Source: an uncultured delta proteobacterium
Lineage (GTDB): Bacteria; Myxococcota_A; Polyangia; Polyangiales; Houyiibacteriaceae
Assembly: GCA_963699755.1 (NCBI GenBank)
Contig: CAVOVB010000002.1
Span: forward strand, 1 to 64,000
Direction: 5' to 3'
Length of the DNA stretch: 64,000 nt
The position numbers were made by a program, and so were the translations under genes. How positions within the stretch are numbered: position 1 is the first letter of the stretch; every line of letters starts with the position of its first letter. Shown here piece by piece: positions 20,451-29,589 of this stretch. The notes under the pieces are model-generated. The model did no database searches, had not been told where the DNA came from, and worked only from the letters and a program-made list of their open reading frames with translations.

Positions 20451-21551
20451 TCAGGCCGCCAATACCACCTTCAAGTCGACCTTGAGGCCCTCGTAGAGGA
20501 TTTTGCCGAGCGAGCCCTCGGCGTACGGGAGCTCGTACTTCTCGCAGAGCGCCCTGACTCGGTCGCTCGCCTCGTCAAGCTTTCTGCTGGAGAGGAACGG
20601 AAAGAGATGATGCTCGATGTGTTTGTCGAAGCCACCGATGTAGGCACGATCCCAGGGGTAGTCGATGTTGCCCGCGTTCAGCACCGAGTTGATGTAGAAG
20701 TGAGCTCTGCTCGAAGGGTCGTACTCCTTGATGTGCAAGCTGACGCTGTCATCGCGGATGTGGGTGGACTTACCCAGGATGCCGCTGATGATTTCGGCAA
20801 AGAGAAATGAAAGGAGATTGCCGGCCAGCACCCTCGGCGCATTCAGGCCGGCCTCGAGCGGCAGTTCGACGAATTCCTTTCGCGCGAGCGCCTTGTCGTA
20901 CGCGAACAGGTCTTTCCACGCGTCGTCGTCAAACTCGCTGACCTTCTTGGCTTCGACGATGCCGATGAAGAATAGGGAGTGGAAGTTCTTGATGTGCGCA
21001 CTGATGAGGCCGCTGATTCGGTCGCCCTTCTCCGCGAAGAAATCGTTGCTCACCCGTTGGTTCGTCGGCGTGGCCTCGGGGTCCATCCCGAACACGCCTG
21101 GATGCTTGTGGTGAAAGCGGTTGTGTCCGATCTCCCAGTGCTTGTCCAAGATGAAGAGCGGCATGTACCAACCCTTGCGTCCCTGGAACTGCGGATCGGG
21201 ATGGGTGCTGTAGGACCCGTGCAGCACCTCGTGCCCGAGACAGAATTGCGCGAACCGCGATCGCCCCAACAAGAACGCTCCCTTCACGAAGGAGACGGGC
21301 CCGATCCGAGATCGCAAGAGCTTCCTGCCGCGGTTCTCGTCGGCTTTGAACTTCTCGTACAACGCGGAAGCGTATTGATTATCGAGCTCCCTCGACGTGG
21401 CCTCCTTGTGCTCTGAGACGAGGTCTCGGAGAAGCGCGTCGAAATCCTCTTGGATCTTCTTCTGCGTCTCCGCGTCCCATTTCTGCATGGGGTTCGGTCG
21501 CTTCACTCGCCGCTGGATGAACCCGGGATCGATGGCGGGCGCTGCTTGCAT
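20451..21551 (-). CDS. Fatty acid desaturase-family protein
   Basis: His boxes HEVLH, HNRFHH, HIEHH; GAGAGG RBS before ATG at 21551. Confidence 0.8.
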   Translation of the reverse strand: MQAAPAIDPGFIQRRVKRPNPMQKWDAETQKKIQEDFDALLRDLVSEHKEATSRELDNQYASALYEKFKADENRGRKLLRSRIGPVSFVKGAFLLGRSRFAQFCLGHEVLHGSYSTHPDPQFQGRKGWYMPLFILDKHWEIGHNRFHHKHPGVFGMDPEATPTNQRVSNDFFAEKGDRISGLISAHIKNFHSLFFIGIVEAKKVSEFDDDAWKDLFAYDKALARKEFVELPLEAGLNAPRVLAGNLLSFLFAEIISGILGKSTHIRDDSVSLHIKEYDPSSRAHFYINSVLNAGNIDYPWDRAYIGGFDKHIEHHLFPFLSSRKLDEASDRVRALCEKYELPYAEGSLGKILYEGLKVDLKVVLAA

Positions 21552-21565
21552 GTGGCCGTCCTCTC

Positions 21566-21624
21566 GAATATGAAAACGATTCGTATTTTGAACGGCTATC
21601 ATAAACTGAAAAAAATTCATATTC
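21566..21624. promoter_or_regulatory. AT-rich divergent promoter with two putative TetR operators
   Basis: GAATATGAA-N5-TTCGTATTT and AAACTGAA-N5-TTCATATTC imperfect palindromes. Confidence 0.55.
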
Positions 21625-21643
21625 TAAAATGGTGAGCGATTCC

Positions 21644-22282
21644 ATGGAGCAGGCCGTCAGGCCCGCGCGCAACGCCTGTCGGAAGCCCCAGCAGGAGCGC
21701 GCGAAGGCTAAGTACGACGCGATCTTGCAGGCGGCGATCCGCGTTCTCGTGGAGGAAGGATACTCGGACTCCTCCACGGTGAAGATCGCGCGGGCCGCCG
21801 GTGTGAGCGTCGGTACCGTGTACGCCTACTTCAGCGACAAGGACGAGATCTTCTCGACCTATGTCGACACCCGGATCGGCGAGATCTTGGAGGCCATCGC
21901 GTCCAACGTGTCGATGTCGAGCTACGCCACGGTCGAGGAGGGGATTCGCGACGTGGTCGGCACGGCCGTGACCTTCACGATGAACAACAAAAAGACCCTG
22001 AGCGCGATGGTCGGAAGGATCCCCGGCGTCTACGACGGGATGATGCTCCAAGGCATCATGCCCCTACTCTATCCCGTGGCCGAGCGGTTCTATCGAGCGC
22101 ACGGCCTCGTGCGGAACGAGACGGAAGCTCGCCGGCTCACCTATGTATTGTCGAGTGCCGTCACTGGATTCTTCATTCGACTGCTTACCGACCCCGACCA
22201 GCCGCTCGACGAGGAAGACATCGCCGACGAGCTCGTGGCGCTGATGATGGGTTACATCGTCCGGTACCGCGACAGCAGATGA
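21644..22282 (+). CDS. TetR-family regulator
   Basis: ILQAAIRVL..EGY...IARAAGVSVGTVYAYFSDKDEI. Confidence 0.9.
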   Translation: MEQAVRPARNACRKPQQERAKAKYDAILQAAIRVLVEEGYSDSSTVKIARAAGVSVGTVYAYFSDKDEIFSTYVDTRIGEILEAIASNVSMSSYATVEEGIRDVVGTAVTFTMNNKKTLSAMVGRIPGVYDGMMLQGIMPLLYPVAERFYRAHGLVRNETEARRLTYVLSSAVTGFFIRLLTDPDQPLDEEDIADELVALMMGYIVRYRDSR

Positions 22283-22344
22283 ACTCGCGACGGCGGGGTG
22301 CAGCTCCAACGCGCCGATACACCCCGGCTTCCGAAGTTAGGTTC

Positions 22345-22540
22345 CGTGCGTTTGATAGCGATGCGCAGCAAAACCGAGTGTCCGCGTAGGGTTAGCGTAT
22401 CGCTGACAGCAGGGTTCGATTCCCACCGCCTCCACCAATCAAGACAAGTGATTGCTATGGGTCAGCAATTCCGCCGATCGCGAGGGACCAAATAGTGACC
22501 ATCGGCGGCTGGTCTCGGCGCGGGTTCGTCGAGTGTGGCG
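22345..22540 (+). repeat. att junction 4: type-B arm, tmRNA-like core (22412-22437) and downstream arm
   Basis: GGGTTCGATTCCCACCGCCTCCACCA ending in CCA; flanks match the other junctions. Confidence 0.9.
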
Positions 22541-22590
22541 ACGGCCTGATTGATCCGGCACTCGCTCAAATGGGCGTAGTAGATCATCGT
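22462..22590 (-). pseudogene. C-terminal remnant of a tyrosine integrase
   Basis: My translation: TMIYYAHLSECRINQAVATLDEPAPRPAADGHYLVPRDRRNC*; resembles the T-x-x-Y-A-H catalytic Tyr box. Confidence 0.65.
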
Positions 22591-22727
22591 CGCCTCCCTG
22601 TCGGGAGGTCGACATCAACGCCCTTCTAGGTTCGCGTCCCTCCTAATCTCTGCCGGTCGCCAACTCGACAGCCCTCTATTGATTGCCCTGGCTCACCGTT
22701 CGCCTGCTCAGACAGGCGCGCTGACGC

Positions 22728-23303
22728 CTAGCGCGTCCAGGCTTCGAGTAACGCGTCGAGGCCGGCGAGCGCCCACTGCTCGGGTCCTCCGGGGACGGAT
22801 GCGGGGCTCGAGCGCATCCCCGCCAGCTCTCCGAAGCCCCGCACCATCGCCCACGCGATCATGCAGCGCTGGCGGATCACTTGGATGTCGGGCTCGCCGG
22901 GGCACGCCGCCGCGATCGCCTCTCGCAGAGATGCGAAGCGCTCCGCGGCCAACGTTTGGAGCTCGGCACTCGCCGCCTTCGGCACAGCGCCGTGGGCGAG
23001 GACGTACAGACCGGGATGCTCGGCGCGCAATCGCAGGTGCGCGCGGGCCAACGCGTACAGGCGAGCCTTCGGGTCGCCGGCTGACTCGTCGTGCACCCAC
23101 TGCGCTTCGCGGCGCAGACCCTCGGCGGCCAACGCGGCCTCGAGCGCTTCCTTGTTTGCGAAGCACAGATACGGCGCCTGACGGCTAACCCCAGCCCGGG
23201 CCGCGAGCGCTCGCAGGGTCAGCGCACCCACTCCGGACTCGTCCACAAGACGAGCCGCCTCGGCAAGCAGACGTTCGCGAAGGTCCTCGGAGCTCGGTGG
23301 CAC
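22728..23303 (-). CDS. TetR-family regulator
   Basis: LTLRALAARAGVSRQAPYLCFANKEAL. Confidence 0.85.
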   Translation of the reverse strand: MPPSSEDLRERLLAEAARLVDESGVGALTLRALAARAGVSRQAPYLCFANKEALEAALAAEGLRREAQWVHDESAGDPKARLYALARAHLRLRAEHPGLYVLAHGAVPKAASAELQTLAAERFASLREAIAAACPGEPDIQVIRQRCMIAWAMVRGFGELAGMRSSPASVPGGPEQWALAGLDALLEAWTR

Positions 23304-23360
23304 TTGACTTAGTCAACCATAACCCATATCGTCCAAATTCTCCACTTGACTTAGTCAACC
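23301..23360. promoter_or_regulatory. Two identical palindromic operators
   Basis: CACTTGACTTAGTCAACC at 23301-23318 and 23343-23360, each containing TTGACT-T-AGTCAA, between divergent tetR and hydrolase genes. Confidence 0.75.
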
Positions 23361-23377
23361 CACCGCGAGAAGCCATC

Positions 23378-24259
23378 ATGACCAGCCTCGTACCGCTCAT
23401 CCACCTGATCCCCACCCGCCTCGGCCCTCTGCACGTGCGCGACAGCGACAGCGACGGCGACGGCCCGGCCCTGCTGCTGTGGCACAGCCTATTCGTCGAC
23501 GGGCGCTCGTTCGACGCACTGCTGCCGTTGCTTCCGAAGGGCTACCGCCTGCTGTGCGTGGACGGACCGTGCCACGGCCGTAGCCCGGGACCCCAGCACC
23601 GGTTCGACCTCGACGATTGCGCGGACGCGGCGGTGCAACTGCTCGACGCCCTGGCGATCGATCGCGTGCACTGGATCGGAAACGCGTGGGGCGGGCACGT
23701 CGGCGCCGTGCTCGCGTCTCGGCCCGACTCACCGGTGGCCTCGCTCGTGGCGATGTGCTCGCCGATGCAGGCGCTGACCGGACGGCTCAAGTACGTCACG
23801 CTGGTGCTGCTGTATGCACTCATCGGGGTACGCGGCCCGGTGCTGCGGGGACTGCTCGATGCTCTCTTGCACCCCGACCGCCGTGCCGACGATCCGGCGT
23901 TGGAGCGCTACGTCGTTGACGTCGTCTCGTCAGACGACCGCCGACCGATGCTTCGCGCAATGCGGTCGGTGATGCTCGGCCGCAAGTCCCTGATCGACCG
24001 ACTGCCCGACGTGCGGTGCCCGACCCTTTTTGTGACCGCCGAAGATCCGATGTGGACGCCTCATGTCGTGCGCGCGCAAGCGGAAAAACTCCCCAACGGA
24101 CACATGCGCGTGATGACCGGTGTGCGCCACCTGCCGCCGCTCGAAGACCCGACCGCAACGGCCGAGATCCTCGCTGAATGGCTGGCGGATCTGTCGCTAC
24201 GGGGCGTGGGCGAACGTCCGGTGGGTCTCGCCGCTCCGGAGCTCGTCGAGGGCAGATAG
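23378..24259 (+). CDS. Alpha/beta-fold hydrolase with atypical nucleophile elbow
   Basis: DGPCHGRS, HWIGNAWGG, CPTLFV, RHLPPLEDP. Confidence 0.85.
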   Translation: MTSLVPLIHLIPTRLGPLHVRDSDSDGDGPALLLWHSLFVDGRSFDALLPLLPKGYRLLCVDGPCHGRSPGPQHRFDLDDCADAAVQLLDALAIDRVHWIGNAWGGHVGAVLASRPDSPVASLVAMCSPMQALTGRLKYVTLVLLYALIGVRGPVLRGLLDALLHPDRRADDPALERYVVDVVSSDDRRPMLRAMRSVMLGRKSLIDRLPDVRCPTLFVTAEDPMWTPHVVRAQAEKLPNGHMRVMTGVRHLPPLEDPTATAEILAEWLADLSLRGVGERPVGLAAPELVEGR

Positions 24260-24266
24260 GCGAAGC

Positions 24267-24470
24267 TCATGCCTCGTAGCGTTGAAGAAGCTCGTCTGCC
24301 CGCCCGCGCGCTCGCGCGCGGCGCGCGGACCGCCGTATCATGGGCGCCAACAGGCGCAGCGGTCCCGCCAGGATCGACGGATCCCATTCGGTGAGTAGCG
24401 CCAGATCTTCGAGACGCTTCGGCAGGCCGTTCGCTCGGACCTGACCGTCGCGCGCCAGGCCGAAGAGCAA
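24267..24470 (-). pseudogene. C-terminal fragment, probably of a cupin-domain protein
   Basis: LFGLARDGQVRANGLP..LEDLALL resembles cupin-protein C-termini from memory; no N-terminus. Confidence 0.4.
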
Positions 24471-24691
24471 TCGTCATTCCGGAGGAGGTCCGTAAGGAGC
24501 TCGGCCTAGAACCCGGTGCTCAGTTCGTCGTCATGGGTGAGGGCGACGTCGTGATCCTGAAGAAGATCGAGGCTCCCGACAGGCAAGAGTTCCTCGCGCT
24601 GGCCCGCAAGGTTCGAACTCAGGCTCGGAAGGCCGGAGTCAAGCGCTCTGACTTGAAGAAAGCAATCCGCGCCTCCCGTCGTCGCGGATGA
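24470..24691 (+). pseudogene. AbrB/MazE/SpoVT-type antitoxin lacking its first residues
   Basis: IVIPEEVRKELGLEPGAQFVVMGEGDVVILKKI...RRRG*; not in the ORF track; stop overlaps an ATGA start stub. Confidence 0.75.
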
Positions 24692-24748
24692 GAGCGGCGA
24701 TCCTACCCGGAGCGCCGAAGCGCTCGGTGCATATGCTACGGTCACCGC

Positions 24749-25303
24749 GTGGACGAGCTGTTCGAATTCCTGGTGCTCATCGCGGAACGTCTCGACCGCG
24801 CTAACATTCCATACATGCTCAGCGGCTCGGTCGCATTGAGCACGTACGCACAGCCCCGGATGACTCGAGACATTGATTTCGTGATTGAAATCGACGAAGC
24901 GCAAGTCGACAAGTTCGTCGAGCTTTTCGAAGCGGACTGCTACATCGATCGCGAATCGGTGCTCGAAGCGGCGCGGGCCCCGGGCATGTTCAACATCATT
25001 CACGAGGCCTGGATTATCAAGGCCGACTTCGTCGTCAGAAAGGATGAGCCGTATCGAAAGACGGAGTTCGACCGACGGCGCACGGTATCCATTGGTGGCA
25101 AGGCGTTTTCGATTGTCACGGCAGAGGACCTGCTTCTCTCGAAGCTGCTTTGGGCCAAGACAAGCCGATCTGACCTGCAACTCGGCGACGTCAGAAACCT
25201 GATCCTCTCGGAAAAAGATCTCGATTGGCCTTACATCGAGCGCTGGGCGGAGAAGCTGGGCGTGGTAGATTTGTTGAACGAGGTGCGAAGCGAGGATGTC
25301 TGA
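24749..25303 (+). CDS. Nucleotidyltransferase, MenT-like putative toxin
   Basis: YMLSGSVALSTYAQPRMTRDID, KADF, TAEDLLLSKL...QLGD. Confidence 0.85.
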   Translation: MDELFEFLVLIAERLDRANIPYMLSGSVALSTYAQPRMTRDIDFVIEIDEAQVDKFVELFEADCYIDRESVLEAARAPGMFNIIHEAWIIKADFVVRKDEPYRKTEFDRRRTVSIGGKAFSIVTAEDLLLSKLLWAKTSRSDLQLGDVRNLILSEKDLDWPYIERWAEKLGVVDLLNEVRSEDV

Positions 25304-25550
25304 CACGGCGCCGGTGATCGAGAAGCTGTACCACGAAATGCTAATGCGCCTCACGCCGGAGCAAAGGTTTCTTCAGACCTGCAGGATGTTTACCACCGCG
25401 AAGCGACTCGCCGAAAGCTCCATCCGAGGCGCTTCGGCTGGACCCCTGGACGACGAAATGCTCCGCCGAGAGTTATTCCTTCGTCTTTATGGAAGAGAAG
25501 TCCGTGGTCCTCTCCGCGAAATGGTCCTCGCGGGACACAAGTCCGAGTGA
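25296..25550 (+). CDS. Small helical protein (MenA1-like putative antitoxin)
   Basis: 8-bp overlap with the NTase; LMRLTPEQRF...RRELFLRLYG. Confidence 0.75.
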   Translation: MSDTAPVIEKLYHEMLMRLTPEQRFLQTCRMFTTAKRLAESSIRGASAGPLDDEMLRRELFLRLYGREVRGPLREMVLAGHKSE

Positions 25551-25750
25551 CCAAATAATGACCAGAGCCCAGGACCGTCAGGGGGATTCCAGGGTACGGC
25601 AGGGTACCGAGGTAAGAGGCCGAGTTGCGCGCCTTTCACAGCGATACGCGGGAAAACCGAGTGTCCACGCAGGGTTAGCGTATCGCTGACAGCAGGGTTC
25701 GATTCCCACCGCCTCCACCAAACGAGCGCAGTGATTGCTGCGGGTTAGCG
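25547..25750 (+). repeat. att junction 5: full type-B arm, tmRNA-like core (25695-25720) and short downstream arm
   Basis: GTGACCAAATAATGACCA ... GGGTTCGATTCCCACCGCCTCCACCA ... AGTGATTGCTGCGGGTTAGC. Confidence 0.9.
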
Positions 25751-25759
25751 CTCCACATT

Positions 25760-26285
25760 GCCAACCCCGAATAGGGTGCCGATCCCCGCGGTCGCTGCCA
25801 TGGCCAGCGCACCCCAAAAAAGTGACCCGCGCCACAGCTTTCCCGACTGGAGCGCCTCCCGCGCGGGCCGAAACCCCACCTAGCACAGCAAGGAACCCCA
25901 ACGATGTGATCGAGACGACTACCGTGATCAGTGCTTCCGGGCACATGAACGCAGTCACGAGCGGCAACGCGGCGCCCACGGAAAACGTCGCGGCGGACGC
26001 GAGAGCCGCCTGAACCGGGCGGGCGCTCATCGCTGCGGAGATGCCTAGCTCATCTCGGGCGTGCGCGCCCAACGCATCGTGTGCCATCAGTTGTTGGGCG
26101 ACCTGTCGCGCCAGCGATTTATCCAATCCAGCGACACCGGCGACCATGATGCTTTCGTGGTTGGCGTCCGCCGCAGCTACCCCGACGAGCAAGCTTGCGG
26201 TGGAGACGATCCCGTCGTTCGCGCCCAGTACCGCGGCCCGAAGCCAGCCAATGCGTTCCGTACGATGTCGTTCCTTGTGTTCGTC
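25760..26285 (-). pseudogene. VIT1/CCC1-family transporter with internal deletion and 3' frameshift
   Basis: WLRAAVLGANDGIVS; jumps from AGVAGL to DKSLARQVA, missing the usual SMAAGEY segment. Confidence 0.8.
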
Positions 26286-26808
26286 AGTCGTCACTGTCGT
26301 CGTCTGCGTCCTTATCCAACGGGATGATGTCTCCTGGCAAGACAGCTTCAGTTCCGACATAGGCCTGCGCCGCTCCGTGCTCGTAGACCAGTCGACCACC
26401 GGCTTCCCCCGCTCTGTATCCCAGCCCGAAGACCAGCAACGTGCCGAGGACGGCGGCTGCGGCGGCCGCGGTGCGCAAAGGGCCTTGAGGAAGCACCAGG
26501 GGTAAGAGCATCAGAGCAAGCACGATCGCGCTCGCCCAAACAAAAGCCTCTGCGGCTTCTTCGTGTGATTCGATGTAGCGTTCCGGCACAATCTCCTCGA
26601 CACGCTCCTCCTCGGCTTCGCCCGTGTTCATGGCGATGAGCCCCGACCCGGCCAGGGCAGCCTGGAGCAGGAGGACGAGCACCCAAAAACGGCGGTCCAC
26701 CCATCCCCGCCACCATGCCAAGGCGACGCCCCCAGTCACCAGCGGCATCAAGATCGCAAGCGCGATCGGTAGATGAACGACTTTCGGATGAAACAACAGT
26801 TGATCCAT
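26284..26808 (-). CDS. DUF2231-like membrane protein
   Basis: HPKVVHLPIAL, TGEAEEE, HEEAAE, GGRLVYEHG. Confidence 0.7.
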   Translation of the reverse strand: MDQLLFHPKVVHLPIALAILMPLVTGGVALAWWRGWVDRRFWVLVLLLQAALAGSGLIAMNTGEAEEERVEEIVPERYIESHEEAAEAFVWASAIVLALMLLPLVLPQGPLRTAAAAAAVLGTLLVFGLGYRAGEAGGRLVYEHGAAQAYVGTEAVLPGDIIPLDKDADDDSDD

Positions 26809-27016
26809 GGCAGTGACCTCCGGGCTGAACCTGGCCCTCGGCAAGGGGAGGCGCCATCGTGCGGATGTCATACGTGATGGATCTCGATGGTTCGGGGTAC
26901 CGCATTCGACACTTGTGGGGTACCTGCAGAGTGCTGCAAAGGGGGCTTGCGGCGGCGACGCGCCCAAGTAGGTTCGTCGCGTGTATCTTCTTGCATGTTC
27001 GATCGGATGAAAACAG

Positions 27017-27598
27017 TTGAGAGGTTCTGACTTCATACCGGAGCGGAGGCTTCTCGCCGGCGTGCTCGTGGCCTTCCTCGTAGTGGCAGTGCTTGCCGCC
27101 ATGGATATTTGTTCCGATCTCGAGGAAGGGACGACCTTTTCGCACGTCCTCTCCGAAACTGGTGTCCTCTTGGTAGGGTTGACTGGGTCGGTCTTCATAG
27201 CGCGTCGGCTCGTCCTCGCCCTCCGACGCGCTCGAGCCGTCGAGCGAGAAGCCGTCGATCTCAAAGAGCAGCTCGCAGTGACCCGAGGGGAGGCTCTCCG
27301 CTGGCGAAGCGAAGCTCGGGATCTGATGAACGGGCTTGCGGCAGCGATCGACCAGCAGTTTGATCGCTGGACGTTGTCGCCGGCCGAAAAGGAGACCGCG
27401 TTGCTTCTCCTGAAAGGGCTCAGTCACAAGGAGGTCGCCAGTATTCGGTCCGTCAGTGACGCGACCGCTCGCCAGCAGGCCAGGGCCGTCTACAAGAAGG
27501 CCGGGCTTTCCGGAAGGCACGACCTGGCTGCGTTCTTCCTCGAAGATCTCATGTTGCCGGCGAAAGCAGGTGACAACGGAGCTCCAGACGGAGCCTGA
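27017..27598 (+). CDS. Membrane-anchored LuxR-type HTH regulator
   Basis: Two TM helices, coiled coil, LSPAEKETALLLLKGLSHKEVA...TARQQARAVYKK. Confidence 0.85.
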   Translation: MRGSDFIPERRLLAGVLVAFLVVAVLAAMDICSDLEEGTTFSHVLSETGVLLVGLTGSVFIARRLVLALRRARAVEREAVDLKEQLAVTRGEALRWRSEARDLMNGLAAAIDQQFDRWTLSPAEKETALLLLKGLSHKEVASIRSVSDATARQQARAVYKKAGLSGRHDLAAFFLEDLMLPAKAGDNGAPDGA

Positions 27599-27635
27599 GA
27601 GGTCGTCGGTCGCGTTGCTCGACTAAAGCGCTGCC

Positions 27636-28229
27636 TCAGGTCGAGGCGTGTACTCGTCTTCGTCCTTCCCCCAAGGACACGCCGATCCCAAGACCGAGCA
27701 CCGGGCCCTTGATGCCGACGCCGCCGACTGTACCGGGCGCAATGACGTACCCCGCGCGTAGGTCGAGGCCCAACCAGAACTCCCCGCGCAGCCGCCAGTA
27801 CAAGAGCGCGCGCAGGTATGCGCTCGAGATGAACTCGTTTCGCAGGCCCATACGACCCCAGCCGAGGTCGAACATCGCGCCCGCTCCAAACCAGCGGTCC
27901 CAGTCCCCAGTGGCCCACAGAGCACCGATGGCTCCCCCCGCGGTCCGCATTTTGAGATCCTCGGGGGTTCCATCCTTGCGCCCAAAGGGGGCAAAGAATT
28001 CACCGGCCAAGTGAACGCATCTATCGGAGGGCTTGTAGAGTGACCCCAACGCGAACCCGGTGAGCGCGGCATCCGCGTTTGGATACACGCGCGTGCTGGA
28101 CCAGAGATCGGCGAAGAGCTTCGGCGCTTCTCCCTTGGAGGCGGTCTACGCCACCGCGCCCTTCGGGGCGGAGAGCAATGCCACCGCAAGGGCTGTGATT
28201 ATCATCCCGAAGATTCGTCGCGTACGCAT
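27636..28229 (-). pseudogene. Disrupted exported beta-barrel-like protein
   Basis: Signal peptide followed by TAG, then alternating beta-strand pattern in another frame. Confidence 0.45.
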
Positions 28230-28456
28230 CGCTGCCCCTCCCAGGCCGAAGCCAAGTGACCGGTACCTCACCGCGGAGAGACCTCGGGTGGACAGCAGTC
28301 GCCACCGGCTTCTCCTCCTTCCGGTCGACTGGCCCTCGGCCGAGGCGTATGGATACGAGCGGAAAGGCAATGCGGTCCTGGTGGGCTGCTCTTGCCGCCA
28401 CGCGTGGCTTCTCATCCGGAGCAGCGGATCGGTCGGAACCCCAAGAGGAATTCATC

Positions 28457-29380
28457 ATGAAGCACTTCAACATCGGCTATGCGTGGCTGTTGCCAGGAGC
28501 TCTCGCGCTTCTGCCCCACATCGTCGCAGCCCAAGAGGAGGCGAGCGCGGACGCGTCCACAGAGAGTCAAATCGTTTCAACCCCAGCGGACCCGCAGGTT
28601 GCCGAGGAAGCCAATGAAACCGAATGGACCTACCCCAAGAGCTATTCGGTGCGCCCGCTTACGATGGAGCAGGGGATGGTCCGCGCAAACGGGATTTTCA
28701 CCGTCTGGGATGACGGTGTCGACACGGTCTTCGGGATGACACTCGGCGGCTCCATCGGGGTGCTCGATGACTTGGAGTTGGGCATCAACAACTATCGTAT
28801 CGGTTCGTCGCTTCAACAGAGGTACGAAGGGCTGATCCCCGTCGTCTTTGCGCCATCGGCGGGCTTCGGAAACATGCCGCTGTACGGACGCTATCGCTTC
28901 GTGCACCGCGAGAAGCTCGACTTCGCGGGTGACCTGATCTTCGTTTTGCCGATCGACACGGCGTTCGCGCTCGAAGTGGCCTTGCCGTTCCGTATCACGC
29001 CCAACGACAGGCTTTCCGTCGACACCGGGCTCGAAGTGCGCGGGACGTTTGGCTCGGCCAAGCGCGCCGACATTCGAATTCCGGCGATCGTCAACTACAA
29101 TTTCTCTGACCGGGCGTTCATCAGCGGGGAAACCGGCGTGCAGTTCGTGAACCTGGGCAAAGGCTTCAATACCGCGCCGGCGGACACCCAGGGCGTTGCG
29201 ATCCCCATCGGATTCCGCGCCGGTGGCACTTGGAAGAAAGTAGACAAGCACCTCATCGATTTGTTTGCCGGCTTTGCATTTCCACAGTTGTTCGAACTCG
29301 GTACTAGTCGCAGCGCCGTCGACTTCGGCATCTGGGACATCTTCGTCGGCGTGGCGTTCTACACGCGTCCGCTCTTCTAG
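28457..29380 (+). CDS. Exported, probable outer-membrane beta-barrel protein
   Basis: Signal peptide, RPLT motif, amphipathic strands, terminal Phe. Confidence 0.65.
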   Translation: MKHFNIGYAWLLPGALALLPHIVAAQEEASADASTESQIVSTPADPQVAEEANETEWTYPKSYSVRPLTMEQGMVRANGIFTVWDDGVDTVFGMTLGGSIGVLDDLELGINNYRIGSSLQQRYEGLIPVVFAPSAGFGNMPLYGRYRFVHREKLDFAGDLIFVLPIDTAFALEVALPFRITPNDRLSVDTGLEVRGTFGSAKRADIRIPAIVNYNFSDRAFISGETGVQFVNLGKGFNTAPADTQGVAIPIGFRAGGTWKKVDKHLIDLFAGFAFPQLFELGTSRSAVDFGIWDIFVGVAFYTRPLF

Positions 29381-29589
29381 TATTTCAATCAAGATCCGAT
29401 TGACCAGGCGGGACAACGGCAGCCCCGCATTGGTGGATTCGGCCCCTGCGACCCTACACCAGCGGCATGGGAATCACACCGAACCCGCTCGGTGAGGCAG
29501 CACATGCTTTGGTCAGGAACACGCCCGATACGCACACAAATGAGCCGCATCCGTGCCTTCGGGACACTGATCCTATAATAGACGGGCAC

